64,000 nucleotides of DNA from Saprolegnia diclina VS20. Taxonomy: Eukaryota. The notes under the pieces are model-generated. The model worked only from the letters and a program-made list of their open reading frames with translations, was not told where the DNA came from and searched no databases. Numbering within the stretch: the first letter of the stretch is position 1; the number at the start of each line of letters is the position of its first letter. The stretch spans positions 368,372 through 432,371 of the forward strand of contig NW_008246099.1 in the NCBI RefSeq assembly GCF_000281045.1, given 5' to 3'. Positions 13,002-24,053 of the stretch are shown here, in pieces. The position numbers and the translations under genes are program-made.

Positions 13002-13969
13002 AGGTGGCCGTAGTATGGTATCGACGATAGCATGTCGATCGCGCCCGAATGGCTAAACGCAAAGGCTGCCAGTGCGTTCTTCTCGGCAGCTTTCTCGACT
13101 TTTCGGAGGTGCACGGTGCAGAGCCCGTGGTTCTTCGAGAGCTTCTTGCAGCCTTTGGCCGTACACAACTTGTCTTGCCGATGCACTTCGCAGTAGCCGC
13201 CGCCGCGGTCGGTGCGCACGCAGTTGGGCTCTTGGCAGCTCCGAAAGCCGCCGTGGGTCGCGCAAAAGTTGCCTCGCTGAGCGCCCTTGGTGCAGTTCTC
13301 GGCCTGGCAGCGTTTACCCCCGCCGTGCGCGCGGCAGAAGCCGCCGCCTTGGCTGCTTTTCATGCAGTTGAGGTGCTTGCATCGCGCGCCGCCGCCGTGG
13401 GCCTTGCAGAGCCCGTGGGACTGTGCGGCTTTGGCACACCCGGGCTCCTTGCACTGCTTGCCGCCGCCGTGGCCGATACAAAATTCACCGTTCTGCGACG
13501 ACTTGCCACAGCCCGGCACCGAGCACTTGCGACCACCTCCATGGGCTTTGCAGTAGCCTTTGGAGCGCACGCGACGACCGCAGTTGGGCACTTGGCAGAG
13601 TGCGTGGGGCTTGGTTGAGGACGACGATGTCATCGACGCAGACGAGACACAGCGCTGGAGATACGTTGGCGCAGGCACTTTTGTGTGCGGCGAGAGCACA
13701 CTCGGGTCAAAGACTTCTTCTTTGATGGACCGAGGTGTCAAAAGCTGCGTATCCAAGTCATCAAATGCCGACTGCAGAAACGAGCCGTCGAGTGGATGAA
13801 AGTGCGGCACGAGGCAGTCGTTCGGTGCGAACGCCAATGGTTCGAGAAACGCCGGGTCGATCTTGATGGGCGGCGACGACGACGACCGTGGTGGGATCGC
13901 CGAGTCGTCGAGCAGTAGTAGCTGGAGGTCCTCGGGCCGAAGCGCGCCCGGAGACAGCGTCACGCTCAT
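12998..13969 (-). CDS. WRKY19-like C-x4-C...C-x2-HGGG zinc-finger repeat protein
   Basis: Seven tandem C-x4-C-x9/10-C-x2-H(GGG) units (e.g. CKEPGCAKAAQSHGLCKAHGGG), a family common in oomycetes. Confidence 0.85.
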   Translation of the reverse strand: MSVTLSPGALRPEDLQLLLLDDSAIPPRSSSSPPIKIDPAFLEPLAFAPNDCLVPHFHPLDGSFLQSAFDDLDTQLLTPRSIKEEVFDPSVLSPHTKVPAPTYLQRCVSSASMTSSSSTKPHALCQVPNCGRRVRSKGYCKAHGGGRKCSVPGCGKSSQNGEFCIGHGGGKQCKEPGCAKAAQSHGLCKAHGGGARCKHLNCMKSSQGGGFCRAHGGGKRCQAENCTKGAQRGNFCATHGGFRSCQEPNCVRTDRGGGYCEVHRQDKLCTAKGCKKLSKNHGLCTVHLRKVEKAAEKNALAAFAFSHSGAIDMLSSIPYYGHL

Positions 13970-14520
13970 TATAGGATTCAATTGCACACTGGCGCCATCT
14001 CGTATCTTTGCGTGACGCGGTAAAACGGCTGAAACCGACGCGCGCGTTGCGTCTTATCGCGGGCGGGTGTTGCGGCAGAGGCTTGTCGTCTCTTGAAACC
14101 AGAGCCTAGTTGGAGTCATGGCGACTGGCGCTTTCGGTGCTCTCGAAGAACTCAGATCTTGGCTATCCGAAATCTGTTGACATCAGGACAGGTGAAGTCA
14201 TAAAGGCGGGTCTGGGCTGGTTGTATATCCCTTATCTGATCATTTGCATGCTTGCATGGTGGCGTGGTAGGAGCGGGTGCGGTGACGACATTCGTCGTTC
14301 ATAGCTGTGTGGAATATGTTCTGCTGTGTCTGTGGTTTCTGTCATTTTCCTTGCTACGAGTTGCTGATAGGACAAATATTTCCATTTCGTTTGTAAAACA
14401 TGGCAAGATTTGTCGTAGCAACGCACGACAGCACCCGAGTTCGCGAACGAGGTGCAGCGACCATCATTCTTCATGTGGCGGAATTTTCTCTGCCACTTTG
14501 CATTTTCATATATTTTCAAA

Positions 14521-15405
14521 ATGGACGTCGGCGAGCACTGCAGTAACCCGGGCTGCAACCAGAAGGACTTCCTGCCGTTCGCTTGCGACTGCTGCAACGG
14601 GATCTTTTGCCTCGAGCACCGCACGTACGACGCGCACGCATGCGCCCAAGCCGGCGCCAAGGACGCGCGGGCGATCACGTGCCCGCTGTGCCGGGCGACG
14701 ATCCCGCTGACCGGCGCCATGGACGTCGACGAAGTCTGGGCCGCGCACGCGCGCACGAACTGCAGCCCCGACAAGTACGAGGAAAAGAAGAAGCCCAAGG
14801 AGCGCTGTGCCGCCGACGGTTGCCGAGAAGTGCTCACTGCGTCCAACACGGTACAATGCAACTCGTGCCGGAAGAAGGTGTGTCTCCGCCATCGGTTTGA
14901 AACCGACCACCAATGCCCACGCCGCGCTACGCCGCCAGTGCGACCAGCGTCCATGCAGCAGCGCATGGGCTCGTCCGTCTCACGCCTCGTGCAGTCGGCC
15001 AAGGTAACATTCTTTTTTGGCGCTCGCCATCACTCTAGACACCAACTGTAGACGGCCGCAGCGGCGCCCAGTAAGACCACCGTCACGGCGGCCTCCGAGA
15101 GCTGTCCGATGTGCCAAGAGAAGTTTCGATACACGTCACAGCTGATTGCGCATGTGAACAAGGCGCATCCTGACAGCGGCCGCGCGCGTCCTTCGGCGGT
15201 ACGCAGCGACACTGTACGTATCTTGTTGGACGATCGAAACTCGTAGGCGCCCAGAGCGAGCGCGGCGCCTGTGGCTTCGAGCGGTCAGGAGACATGTCCT
15301 GTGTGCAGGGCATCGTTTGCTGATGTAACGCAGCTCATTGCACACGCCGAGTCGGCCCACCAAGGCCAGGCGCAACAAGGCAAGGGTGACTGTAGCATGA
15401 TGTAG
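14521..15405 (+). CDS. AN1-type zinc-finger protein (ZFAND2/AIRAP-like) with two C2H2 fingers and a C-terminal CAAX
   Basis: GEHCSNPGCNQKDFLPFACDCC..FCLEHR and a second AN1 finger CNSCRKKVCLRHRF. Exons 2-3 give CPMC..HVNKAH and CPVC..HAESAH. The protein ends GDCSMM*. Confidence 0.85.
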
Positions 15406-16110
15406 ATAAATCGAGCCAAAACCACTCACTAGACACCACATCGTTCTCTTCTTGACGTGCAACGAGGGTTGTCGTACGGCAAATATTAGCCCATTAAGCT
15501 ACCAGCGAGGAGATTCACATTTGCTGAAGTCTTCGGACGGAGAATCTGTCCATGAGATCTCCCAAGCAGCTGCCCAAGCAGCCATTGCCACTGAATCGAA
15601 GTGATCAGGGCGACACTGAAGATTGGTGTTGCGGTGCAGAAAGCTGATGAGTTTGAGACGGCCTCTCGCCCGCAAGCAGCAGCGGTAGCTGCGCAACGCT
15701 GTGCAAAGACGTGCAGTCCACGCGCCAACGGACTTCAACTGCACTTCAAACGTCCAGCGTTTTGTTGAAGAAGCTGGCTCTTTCAGGCGAAAAGAAGTTG
15801 CTTCGGCGAAGAAGCATCTCGCTGTAGTAGTACAGGCATGCATGGGCGCTTGCATCTTACGTGCTCAGGACGTCTGAGGCGCTTCTCACAAAGAAACCTT
15901 TGGAATCTCGCATTGCCATTGACTGGAGGACGGTTGCCATGTCCATATCGACGTTCGTATCAGGCTCGGGTAGCAGGTTTGGTGAGGCAAATGAAGATGT
16001 GACCGAAGTGGTCGCGTGCTGTGTCGGCCCGCCGGTGGCATCCGGATATCTCGGGCGGAGGTTTTCTATCCGGATGTGAGGCGCTGGAGGGCAAATTGAA
16101 TTTGCTCAAG

Positions 16111-19032
16111 ATGCTGACGTGGGGTCTTGTCGGGGGCATCCTCTGCCTCTGGTTCTCGTTCGAGCCCGCGGTGTCGATCGCGATGCTGCTCAGCATGTTC
16201 GTGCTCGTCTCGTACGCGGCCAACAACCTCATCCTGCGCTGCTCGCCCGTGCACATGTGCCACATGGACGTCCACGACGAGCGCGCGGCCATCGCCAAAG
16301 ACAAAACGTCGCCGCTCGCGTTGGCGCTGGAGAAGCAGCCGTGGCACGTGCCAGCGCTCGAGATCAGCGAGATGCTGCTCAGCAACAGCAACAACAAGAT
16401 GCAGGGCGATGTCGTGCAGGGCCAGGCCATTTGGCCCAACTCGGACGAACCGATCGCGTTTGAGAACGACCTCTTCCGCGGCAAGGTGCTTTTCTTGCTG
16501 CGCACCGAGCCCGAGAGTCCGAAATGGCACCACCTCTTTGTCGGTCGCCGACGGCTCTTCTGGGTCCAGCTCCAGGGCCAATTCAAGGTGCAGCCCGTCG
16601 GCACGGTCTACATTGGCGGCGAGGTGCCACGCAAGATGAAGCTGGGCTTTGTGACCAACACGCTCGTGCGTATCCTTCTCTCGGTGCTCAACTGCCTCGT
16701 CGTCGGACTGCACTACGGTCTTGGCCACGCGTACCCCAAGGATGTAGTCGCGCCTGAGGACGAAGAGCTTCCGCACCTCTCGTTTCCACTCCAATCGTCT
16801 GTCGACGAGTTTATTTGCACGCGCGCCGGTGACGCGCCGCCAGCGCTGGGCACGGACGGGCTCGGCGAGTCGACTGACGCACGCGCGCGGCGCAAGGCGG
16901 GCACGCAGCGCTACGAGTTCAACACATCGGACACGTACTCGTTCTCGTTCTTTAGCTTCTTCATCGACTTTGAGCGCTGGAAGGTCGTCAACGTACCGGG
17001 CATGCCGGACACGAGCCTTGCGACGTTCTGGGACACCATGCCGCTGCGCATCGTCGCGTACAGCCTCAAGGCGCCGACGGGCCACCGCCATGACCGCCAC
17101 GTCGCCGGCCAGAAGCAGTACTACCTCTGCTTGCAGCTGTCGCCAACCCCGACCGCAGTCCGACCTCGCACGGCCCGGTCGCTCTTTGGCCTCGACATGG
17201 AAAATGAAGCCAACGAGTTTATCAAGGACGAAGAAGCGCACCACGACCAACTGCTCTCGGAGCTGGACGTGTTTGAGTTTTGCGTGCCCGTGTGGGTCGA
17301 GTACTTTAGCACAACTGAGGGTGTCAAGGGCCCGGGCGAGCGCCGCGTCGGGTACCTCTTTGACATCCTCGAGTACACGGACGGTAGCCGGACGGTGCTC
17401 AAGAAGCACCGGTTCGCGCTGCACACGGCCGTCCAGACAAACCTCGCCATCTCGCTGGCGTCCGACGATTTCGACGCCGACGATCCCACGATCGAGTTTA
17501 CGATTCAAACAAAAACGAGCTCGACCCGCGCCATTGACACGGAACGCAGTCTCATTGATGCGGCGCTGCACGACCTCGCGGTCGACGCGTCATCGTCCTC
17601 GTCGTCGCTCTCGCGCAAGATTGCAGCCAAGGCAGCCCTCAAGCGGCTGTTGACGCAGCCGAGCTCGGTGGTACCGCACGCCCCGTTCTTTGCGACGCGG
17701 CCAGGGATTTCGACCGGCAGCCAAGGACAGGTCGTACGCATGCTCTGGGACTCGCACTGGCGCAACGAGTGGCTCGTCCTCGACACGAAGAAGCACGAGG
17801 TGCGTTTCTTCCGCACGCAGTCGTCGACGCCGTGCCTCGTCATTCCAATCGCAGACATCTTTGACGTGACGCCGGCCAGCGACTACCTCAACTTGCCGCC
17901 ACCCGCCAACTCGGACGGCATGTACTGGTTTGAGATTGAGACCTTGACGCGCGTGCACTGCATCGCGGTCGCGTCGCTTGGCGAGTGCGAATTTTGGCAC
18001 CGCGCGATCGTCGCCGAGATGGACACGCTCTCGGGCGTCGTCATGGCCCACGATCTCGTGAGCAAGCCATATTATCTTGTCGCCTCAACCCTCGGCCGCG
18101 ACCGATACCAAAATGAGTTGCACTGCGGCACGCGGGACGACGAGGCGGTCGCCAAGGACGAGCAGCGGCGCATACTCAACGACCGGCGGATCGGCGTTCG
18201 CTTTGGCGCCTCGGCCGATCTAGATGTCTGCGACGTTGTCGAGCAAGCGCTGCGGATGGCGATTCTGCTGCGCCAGCACCCGCAACTGTGTCTGACGCAT
18301 GAAGTGCTCATGTTTTTGGACGTCGTCGCGAGCATCAAGCAAGTCAATGCGACCTTGACGCTCTTTGCCATGAACAGCCCGGACCGCACCGCGTTCTTCC
18401 TCAACTTGTACCACCTCCAAGTGCTCCACGGACACTTCTTGGACCTCCTCCCGCATTCGAAAGCGACGTGGGCCACGTTCTTCAACAGCGTTGCGTACGA
18501 CGTCTCGGGCTTGCTGTTTACGCCGGCCGAGATCGAGCACTGCATCCTCCGCACATCATTGCCGCCGTTCAAGGCGCCCTTCCCGCGGCCATCCTGGTCA
18601 ACGAGCGACCCGCGAACACCGCTCGAGGTCCGCGGCGCCGACTACCGCATGGTGTTTGCTCTCAACCCGACGACACGTTCGAGTGTGAGTGTCGTGACCG
18701 TCTACCGCGGCTTTGCGCTCGAGCACCAGCTCAACTTTATGGCGCGGCTCGTGCTCTCGACGCTCGTGTCGGCCGACATGCGCAAGCACATCATCTACCT
18801 CCCTCGCGTCTGCGAATGGTACGCGGCAGACTTCCCCGGCCACCATAATGTAAGCAACGTGGTTCGGACGCTCGTGAGCTACCTCGACGGCGACTTGAAG
18901 GGCAACGTCGAAGCGCTCCTGAGCCAGCCGAGCAAACTCGCCATCAAGTATTTAAACTACGACTATAGTTTCCACGCGACAGTCCAACTCAGCAACTGGA
19001 AGGCGCAGCCGTCGACCGCGACCGCCAGTTAA
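16111..19032 (+). CDS. TM + DUF1769 + PH-like + DUF547 protein
   Basis: Intronless ORF of about 970 aa. DUF1769-like FENDLFRGKVLF..FVGRRRLFWVQLQGQFK. PH-like WRNEWLVL..EVRFF..FEIET..W. DUF547-like AFFLNLYH..EIEHCILR..DYRMVFALN..WYAADF. Confidence 0.8.
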   Translation: MLTWGLVGGILCLWFSFEPAVSIAMLLSMFVLVSYAANNLILRCSPVHMCHMDVHDERAAIAKDKTSPLALALEKQPWHVPALEISEMLLSNSNNKMQGDVVQGQAIWPNSDEPIAFENDLFRGKVLFLLRTEPESPKWHHLFVGRRRLFWVQLQGQFKVQPVGTVYIGGEVPRKMKLGFVTNTLVRILLSVLNCLVVGLHYGLGHAYPKDVVAPEDEELPHLSFPLQSSVDEFICTRAGDAPPALGTDGLGESTDARARRKAGTQRYEFNTSDTYSFSFFSFFIDFERWKVVNVPGMPDTSLATFWDTMPLRIVAYSLKAPTGHRHDRHVAGQKQYYLCLQLSPTPTAVRPRTARSLFGLDMENEANEFIKDEEAHHDQLLSELDVFEFCVPVWVEYFSTTEGVKGPGERRVGYLFDILEYTDGSRTVLKKHRFALHTAVQTNLAISLASDDFDADDPTIEFTIQTKTSSTRAIDTERSLIDAALHDLAVDASSSSSSLSRKIAAKAALKRLLTQPSSVVPHAPFFATRPGISTGSQGQVVRMLWDSHWRNEWLVLDTKKHEVRFFRTQSSTPCLVIPIADIFDVTPASDYLNLPPPANSDGMYWFEIETLTRVHCIAVASLGECEFWHRAIVAEMDTLSGVVMAHDLVSKPYYLVASTLGRDRYQNELHCGTRDDEAVAKDEQRRILNDRRIGVRFGASADLDVCDVVEQALRMAILLRQHPQLCLTHEVLMFLDVVASIKQVNATLTLFAMNSPDRTAFFLNLYHLQVLHGHFLDLLPHSKATWATFFNSVAYDVSGLLFTPAEIEHCILRTSLPPFKAPFPRPSWSTSDPRTPLEVRGADYRMVFALNPTTRSSVSVVTVYRGFALEHQLNFMARLVLSTLVSADMRKHIIYLPRVCEWYAADFPGHHNVSNVVRTLVSYLDGDLKGNVEALLSQPSKLAIKYLNYDYSFHATVQLSNWKAQPSTATAS

Positions 19033-19339
19033 CAAATCAAACCCACTCGATTCTACTTTATTTCTAGTCGTTTTGGGATGGTCATCGGAAATCTACTGAT
19101 TAACATTGCCGCTGCATGTGGTTGAGTCAGAGGACGTAGTTGTATAATAGTCGAGGCGGCTGTATCTCGCAATCGCAGCGCGTTGGAGAGACAATGACTC
19201 GGCGGCTCTCAGCCCGGCCAGCTCCAACGGCTGCAACCTCAGTCGGCGCGATACTCAACACCAGCTAAACAGCGACTAAACCGCATTGCCTGGGTGGGTT
19301 GAAGTACTGAATACGACAATTCGAAATCTCCCGAACCGC

Positions 19340-19843
19340 ATGCAACGTAGCACCAAGCCAGCCACGTCGAAGGTCGACAAGCGAGAGCTCAAGCGCCAAT
19401 ACGACAAGAAATACCGCGCCGAGAAGCGCGAGCACCGCGCCGCCATGGACCGCGCCCGTCGCCTCCGGCTGAAACGCGAGAAGCTCCAGGCGCAAGGCCT
19501 CGATCCGCCGAGCGACGTTCCGCTCCCGACGCCATCGACGACCAAGAAACCGCGCTGCAAGAAGAAGACAAAGGCACCGCCAACGCTTCCGACGCTCTTT
19601 GCGCTCCGCGAGCAGAAGACGCGGGGCAACCGTCGCATCTTTTTCGAGCTCCTCGACCAAGAGTACGCGATGCTCAAACTCAACCCCAAGTGCAAGCAGT
19701 GTCAAGGCCACGCCAGCGTCGTCAAGGCCAAGACCTTTCCGGCGTCACCCTATGCGACGATCGGCCCCGTGCTCTGCGAGCTTTGCTTCCAGGTCATGTT
19801 CCTCGAACACTGCCACGCGCGGGAACGGGCAGCTGCAACGTAG
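19340..19843 (+). CDS. Hypothetical basic protein with C-terminal CxxC...GPxLCxxC
   Basis: ORF with charged helical N-terminus (QYDKKYRAEKREH) and KCKQC..GPVLCELC. Similar in layout to the next gene. Confidence 0.55.
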   Translation: MQRSTKPATSKVDKRELKRQYDKKYRAEKREHRAAMDRARRLRLKREKLQAQGLDPPSDVPLPTPSTTKKPRCKKKTKAPPTLPTLFALREQKTRGNRRIFFELLDQEYAMLKLNPKCKQCQGHASVVKAKTFPASPYATIGPVLCELCFQVMFLEHCHARERAAAT

Positions 19844-20209
19844 CGCCTCCATCGACGCCTCTCTGGCAACGTCCACCGGTGGACTGCAGCATCCTCTTGA
19901 TAACGAAGGACTTGACATTACTTTTTACCCACTATAGTGTCCAGAGCTGCGCGGTCGGGCCTCGCGGCGCCACAGACGTTTGCGATGGGCTTGGACTTCA
20001 AGGTGGCGGAAACATCGACTAAACGACTAAACGACTACAAAGAGGGGGAACCGGATAAAGCTGTCCGGAAATGCGTGTCGAGAAAGATCGCTTTTTTATT
20101 GTTTCATCCATCATCATACAAACATCCAATGAGAATAAAAAATGGAGTTGAACGAAGCTTGCGCGCAGTTGGCAATTTGCGCGCGAAGCCCGAGATCGCA
20201 GCGAGACCG

Positions 20210-20930
20210 ATGGCGCGCGAGAGACCGACGACGACCAAGGACGAGCGGAAGAAGGCTTCCCAGAAAGCTTATTACGAAGCCAACAAGGAGAAGATGAAGG
20301 CTTGGATGAAGGCTTGGCAAGCGAAGAACAAGGATTATTTAAAGGGTTATTACGAAGCCAACAAGGAGAAGAAGAAGGCTCAGATGAAGGCTCATCGCGA
20401 AGCCAACCGCGAGTTCAGAATCGCCTACGAGCGAACGCAGTACACCACGACCTCTCCTCGCTCTCCTCACGACGATCCATGCTTCGTTTAGGCGTTTGAG
20501 GAAGAAGGCGATCGCGGCCGGCGAGGTCCCACCGCCGCTGCCCACGCTCAAGGCATGGCGGGCTGCTGCGACGACCGCGTCAACAACACCAAAGGTGACA
20601 GCAAAGCCGCCTGCAGCGTCCATCGTCCGACGCGCGACGGAGCAGAGCGTCGTGAAGCCTGTGTGGCTACCCCCGGTCGTGCCGTCGACGCATCCGCTGC
20701 CGTGCTGTGAGAAGTGCGCGACATCCGAGGCGGCCAAGACCAACGCGGCGACGCTGACGTCGGAAAACAACACGGCGTACCCGAGCGGGCCGTATTTGTG
20801 CCACTTTTGCGACACGTTTATGCTCCTGCGTCGCATCGGCGAGCTGCCCCCGCGCCCGATCCCGCGCACGACGCGCAGCGTTGCCAAGGCCAAGGCCAAC
20901 GCACCGTACCTCGAAGAGTGGATCCTTTAG
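20210..20930 (+). CDS. Hypothetical protein with YYEANKEK repeats and C-terminal CxxC...GPxLCxxC
   Basis: Exon 1 is 20210-20439. Intron 20440-20491 (GT..AG, 52 nt) joins it in frame to RLRKKAIAAG..CCEKC..GPYLCHFC. Confidence 0.6.
20269..20392 (+). repeat. Coding direct repeat, 78-nt period
   Basis: ttattacgaagccaacaaggagaag..gaaggct..gatgaaggct at 20269 and again at 20347. Confidence 0.8.
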
Positions 20931-21560
20931 CAGACCCAACCAAGTATTGCGTTGAATAGTGCGACGAATGATGCATTTAGCTTTGGATCCATTGCTGCAT
21001 TGACATTGACAGGGTGAAACCAATGGCAGACATTCGATTTGATAATATCATCGGTTCTTGCATGCAGGAAACAAGGGACCAAGAACCAGTTGGTCAACCT
21101 CGAGGTATTTGACGACGCTGGGCCGATCCAGCAAGGGAATCAACGCCACCTTCGCTTGACGTCCAGCGCTATGACCGATCAACTATCATGGATCAACTGC
21201 TGCCGTTGCGTTGGCATTCTTGTTTCATTCCGGTGAAGATGGAGCGTCGCATGACGCAACCAGCTGGTGCGTCGATGCACGACGTCAAATGAATCGCGCC
21301 GTTCGCGATGGCTTACGTGATCGTATCACATGAGCTCTGCGTTCCGCCAACGACTCGCTTTGAACAGTTCACCCCGTTGCGACTCGATCAACCTCGCGAG
21401 CTTCTGCAGTCGGATGCTCATCAGCTCGATCGCATCTGAAGCCACGTTGCTTGAACACTGGACGCTCGACAAACAATCTAAGTTAACGTAAAACATTAAC
21501 TCGCAAGTGCGATACGTTGAAGCTCAAAGAGAGAAGAGACGAAAGAAAGGTGAGCTGGAC

Positions 21561-21760
21561 GGAACCCATGGTCAACCTTGGGACGGCGTGCTCCTCAAAA
21601 CTTGCCGCTGCTGAACCTCCAGATAGGACGTATGGGACTTCAAATATTTTGGCGAAACAGTCTCCAAACACCAGAATTTCGAGGTAAAATTGTACCCGTA
21701 ATGTATTCGCTACGCTGACGATCTCGTCTTCACGTGCAAATTGAAGACAGTGGAGGACGT
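21561..21760 (+). pseudogene. Possible highly degenerate reverse-transcriptase fragment
   Basis: RYADDLVF starts at 21708. About 35 codons upstream, across frameshifts and stops, is GQP/LGTACSSKLA. Confidence 0.2.
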
Positions 21761-21971
21761 CCTCGCGCCGGACCCTTCCACAGAAGTCGTCGTCGGCGGC
21801 AAATCCCCAAGGTTCTTGAATTTCGCTTCTCGATGCAGATTGGTCAAGTTGTTTGCGACATGCGAGCACGCGACGATTTCATTGGTGCACGCATGCTAAA
21901 AATAGAGGGCGAAGGCGAGAGAAGCCGAGGATACGGCAGCGGAAAGGACACAAAGTGCAATTTGAGCGAGA

Positions 21972-22805
21972 ATGGAGAAGCAAGCATGGCACGCGCCGTC
22001 GCTCAACATCTTCGACATGGTGCTGCCGACCGGCGACAAGGTAGAGCTCCAGCGCGGCCAGGCCATCGTCCCCAACGCGGACACGCCGCTCGAGTTTGAG
22101 AACGAGTTCTTCAAGGGCAAGGTGCTCTTCCTCCTCAAGACGCAGCCCGCGCCGCCCAAGTGGCAACAACTCTTTCTCGGTCGCCGCCGCCTCTTTTGGA
22201 TCCAACTCCAAGGCCAGTTCAAGCAGGAGCCGCGCGGCCTCGTGTACATTGGTGGTGAAGTGTCCAACAAGCTCCGCCTCGGTCTCCTGGCGACCACCAT
22301 GTGTCGCGTCATTCTCTCCGTCCTCAACTTGCTCGTCGCTGGCCTTCACTACGGCTTTGGCCGCATGTACCCTACGGATGTCCGTCAGCGCGGCGATGAG
22401 GAGCTCGCTCACATTAGCTTTCCGCTGCATTCGTCTGTCGACGAGTTTGTGCGCACACCGGCGGGCCAGACGCCGCCGCCGCTGGGCCAAGACGGCTTTG
22501 GCGAGACGGAAGCCGATCGATCGGCGCGGAAAGCGGCGAAAGGACGGTACCAGTTCAACACGCGCGACACGTACACGTTCTCGTTCTTCAGCTTCTACAT
22601 TGATTTCGAGCACTGGCAACTCGTCAACGTCCCCGGTGTCCCGGACGTTCCGCTCGAGAAATTCTGGCAAGCGATGCCGATGCGCATCGTAGCGTATAGC
22701 ATTGCGTCCGCGACCGACATGTCGACGAAGAAGCCGCACACACACAGCGAGAAGCAGTACTACATGAATATGGAGCTCTCGCCGACGCGGCTCCGAAGCG
22801 TCTAA
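21972..22805 (+). CDS. Stand-alone DUF1769 protein (paralog 2)
   Basis: Intronless 277-aa ORF clearly homologous to the N-terminal module of the 16111 gene (FENEFFKGKVLFLL..GRRRLFWIQLQGQFK..SVDEF..MPMRIVAYS). Confidence 0.85.
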   Translation: MEKQAWHAPSLNIFDMVLPTGDKVELQRGQAIVPNADTPLEFENEFFKGKVLFLLKTQPAPPKWQQLFLGRRRLFWIQLQGQFKQEPRGLVYIGGEVSNKLRLGLLATTMCRVILSVLNLLVAGLHYGFGRMYPTDVRQRGDEELAHISFPLHSSVDEFVRTPAGQTPPPLGQDGFGETEADRSARKAAKGRYQFNTRDTYTFSFFSFYIDFEHWQLVNVPGVPDVPLEKFWQAMPMRIVAYSIASATDMSTKKPHTHSEKQYYMNMELSPTRLRSV

Positions 22806-23216
22806 CGCGCGCCCATTATAGCGCAGTTACCAACTACTATTAACGCAAATTATTTCTTCTTCTCTGATCGCAGAGCTCAACGAGACGCGCAGATACGTCC
22901 CGTACAACGATGCATGTTCATGCCTAGAGCATGGTAAAGTCGATCCTGTATCAGGTACCTGGGCAGTGCTTACACGACGTACAGTCTGTACGCTCCTTGA
23001 CGAGCTGCCTTGACCCCTGTGAGACCCACGTGTCCGTGGGATCCCCAGAGGCTTCGAATTTCGACGGAATTCTTTTTTCGAACCCATGCTTATTGGTGCA
23101 AACCCCTTGAAGATTCACCCTTTTCGCGATCCCATTGGCTCTTCGATTTTTGGGATCCATGGAAGAGTGAAGGCCAGCGACGTCCAAACGGTCACTTGTT
23201 TGCACACAACTTTGCA

Positions 23217-24053
23217 ATGTTGGCGGGCGTCCTCGAGAAGCAGCCGTGGCACGCGCCGTCGCTCAACATCTACGACATGGTGCTACAGAAGGGCAGTAGT
23301 GCGCTTGAGCCGACGCGCGGCCAATCGATCCTCCCAAACGCAATGACCCCGTTTGAGTTTGAGAACGATTTCTTCAAGGGCAAAATCCTCTTCCTCCTCA
23401 AGACGCAGCCCGAGCCGCCCAAGTGGCAGCAGCTCTTCACGGGGCATCGCCGCCTCTTTTGGATTCAGCTCCAAGGTCAGTTCAAGCACGAGCCGCGGGG
23501 GTTGGTGTACATTGGCGGCGAGGTTCCGAACAAGATGCGACTCGGCTACGTCACATCGACGCTGTGTCGCGTGCTCTTGCCGATCTTGCACTTGCGTGTC
23601 TCGGGCTTGCACTACTGCTTCGGACGTCTCCAAGCACCAGACACGGCCAAAGAACTACCCCACATTAGCTTTCCATTGCATCTCTCGGTGGATGAGTTTC
23701 ACCGGACGCCAGAGGGGCACACGCCACCGCGCTTGGGTCAAAATGGCTTTGGTGAGACCGACGACGAGCGCGCGGTGCGGTATGCCGCCAAGGGCGAGTA
23801 CGCGTTCAACACACGCGACACGTACACGTTTTCGTTTCACAGTGAGTACGTCGATTTCGAGCGCTGGCAACTCGTGAACGTCCCCGGCCTCCCGAGCGTG
23901 CCGCTTGAGACCTTTTGGGAGACAATGCCGATGCGGATCGTGGCGTACAGCATCGCGTCCGCGACCGACATAACGTCGCCTTTACCCCACACGCAGCTCG
24001 AGAAGCAGTACTACATGAACGTCGAGCTCTCACCGGCCAAGTTTGCCGTGTGA
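23217..24053 (+). CDS. Stand-alone DUF1769 protein (paralog 3)
   Basis: Intronless ORF with the same motifs. Shares VAYSIASATD and EKQYYMNxELSP with paralog 2. Confidence 0.85.
   Translation: MLAGVLEKQPWHAPSLNIYDMVLQKGSSALEPTRGQSILPNAMTPFEFENDFFKGKILFLLKTQPEPPKWQQLFTGHRRLFWIQLQGQFKHEPRGLVYIGGEVPNKMRLGYVTSTLCRVLLPILHLRVSGLHYCFGRLQAPDTAKELPHISFPLHLSVDEFHRTPEGHTPPRLGQNGFGETDDERAVRYAAKGEYAFNTRDTYTFSFHSEYVDFERWQLVNVPGLPSVPLETFWETMPMRIVAYSIASATDITSPLPHTQLEKQYYMNVELSPAKFAV

Noticed and set aside
15486..16000. Short ORFs between the AN1 and DUF1769 genes
   Set aside because: No domain, terminal repeats or consistent splice pattern found.
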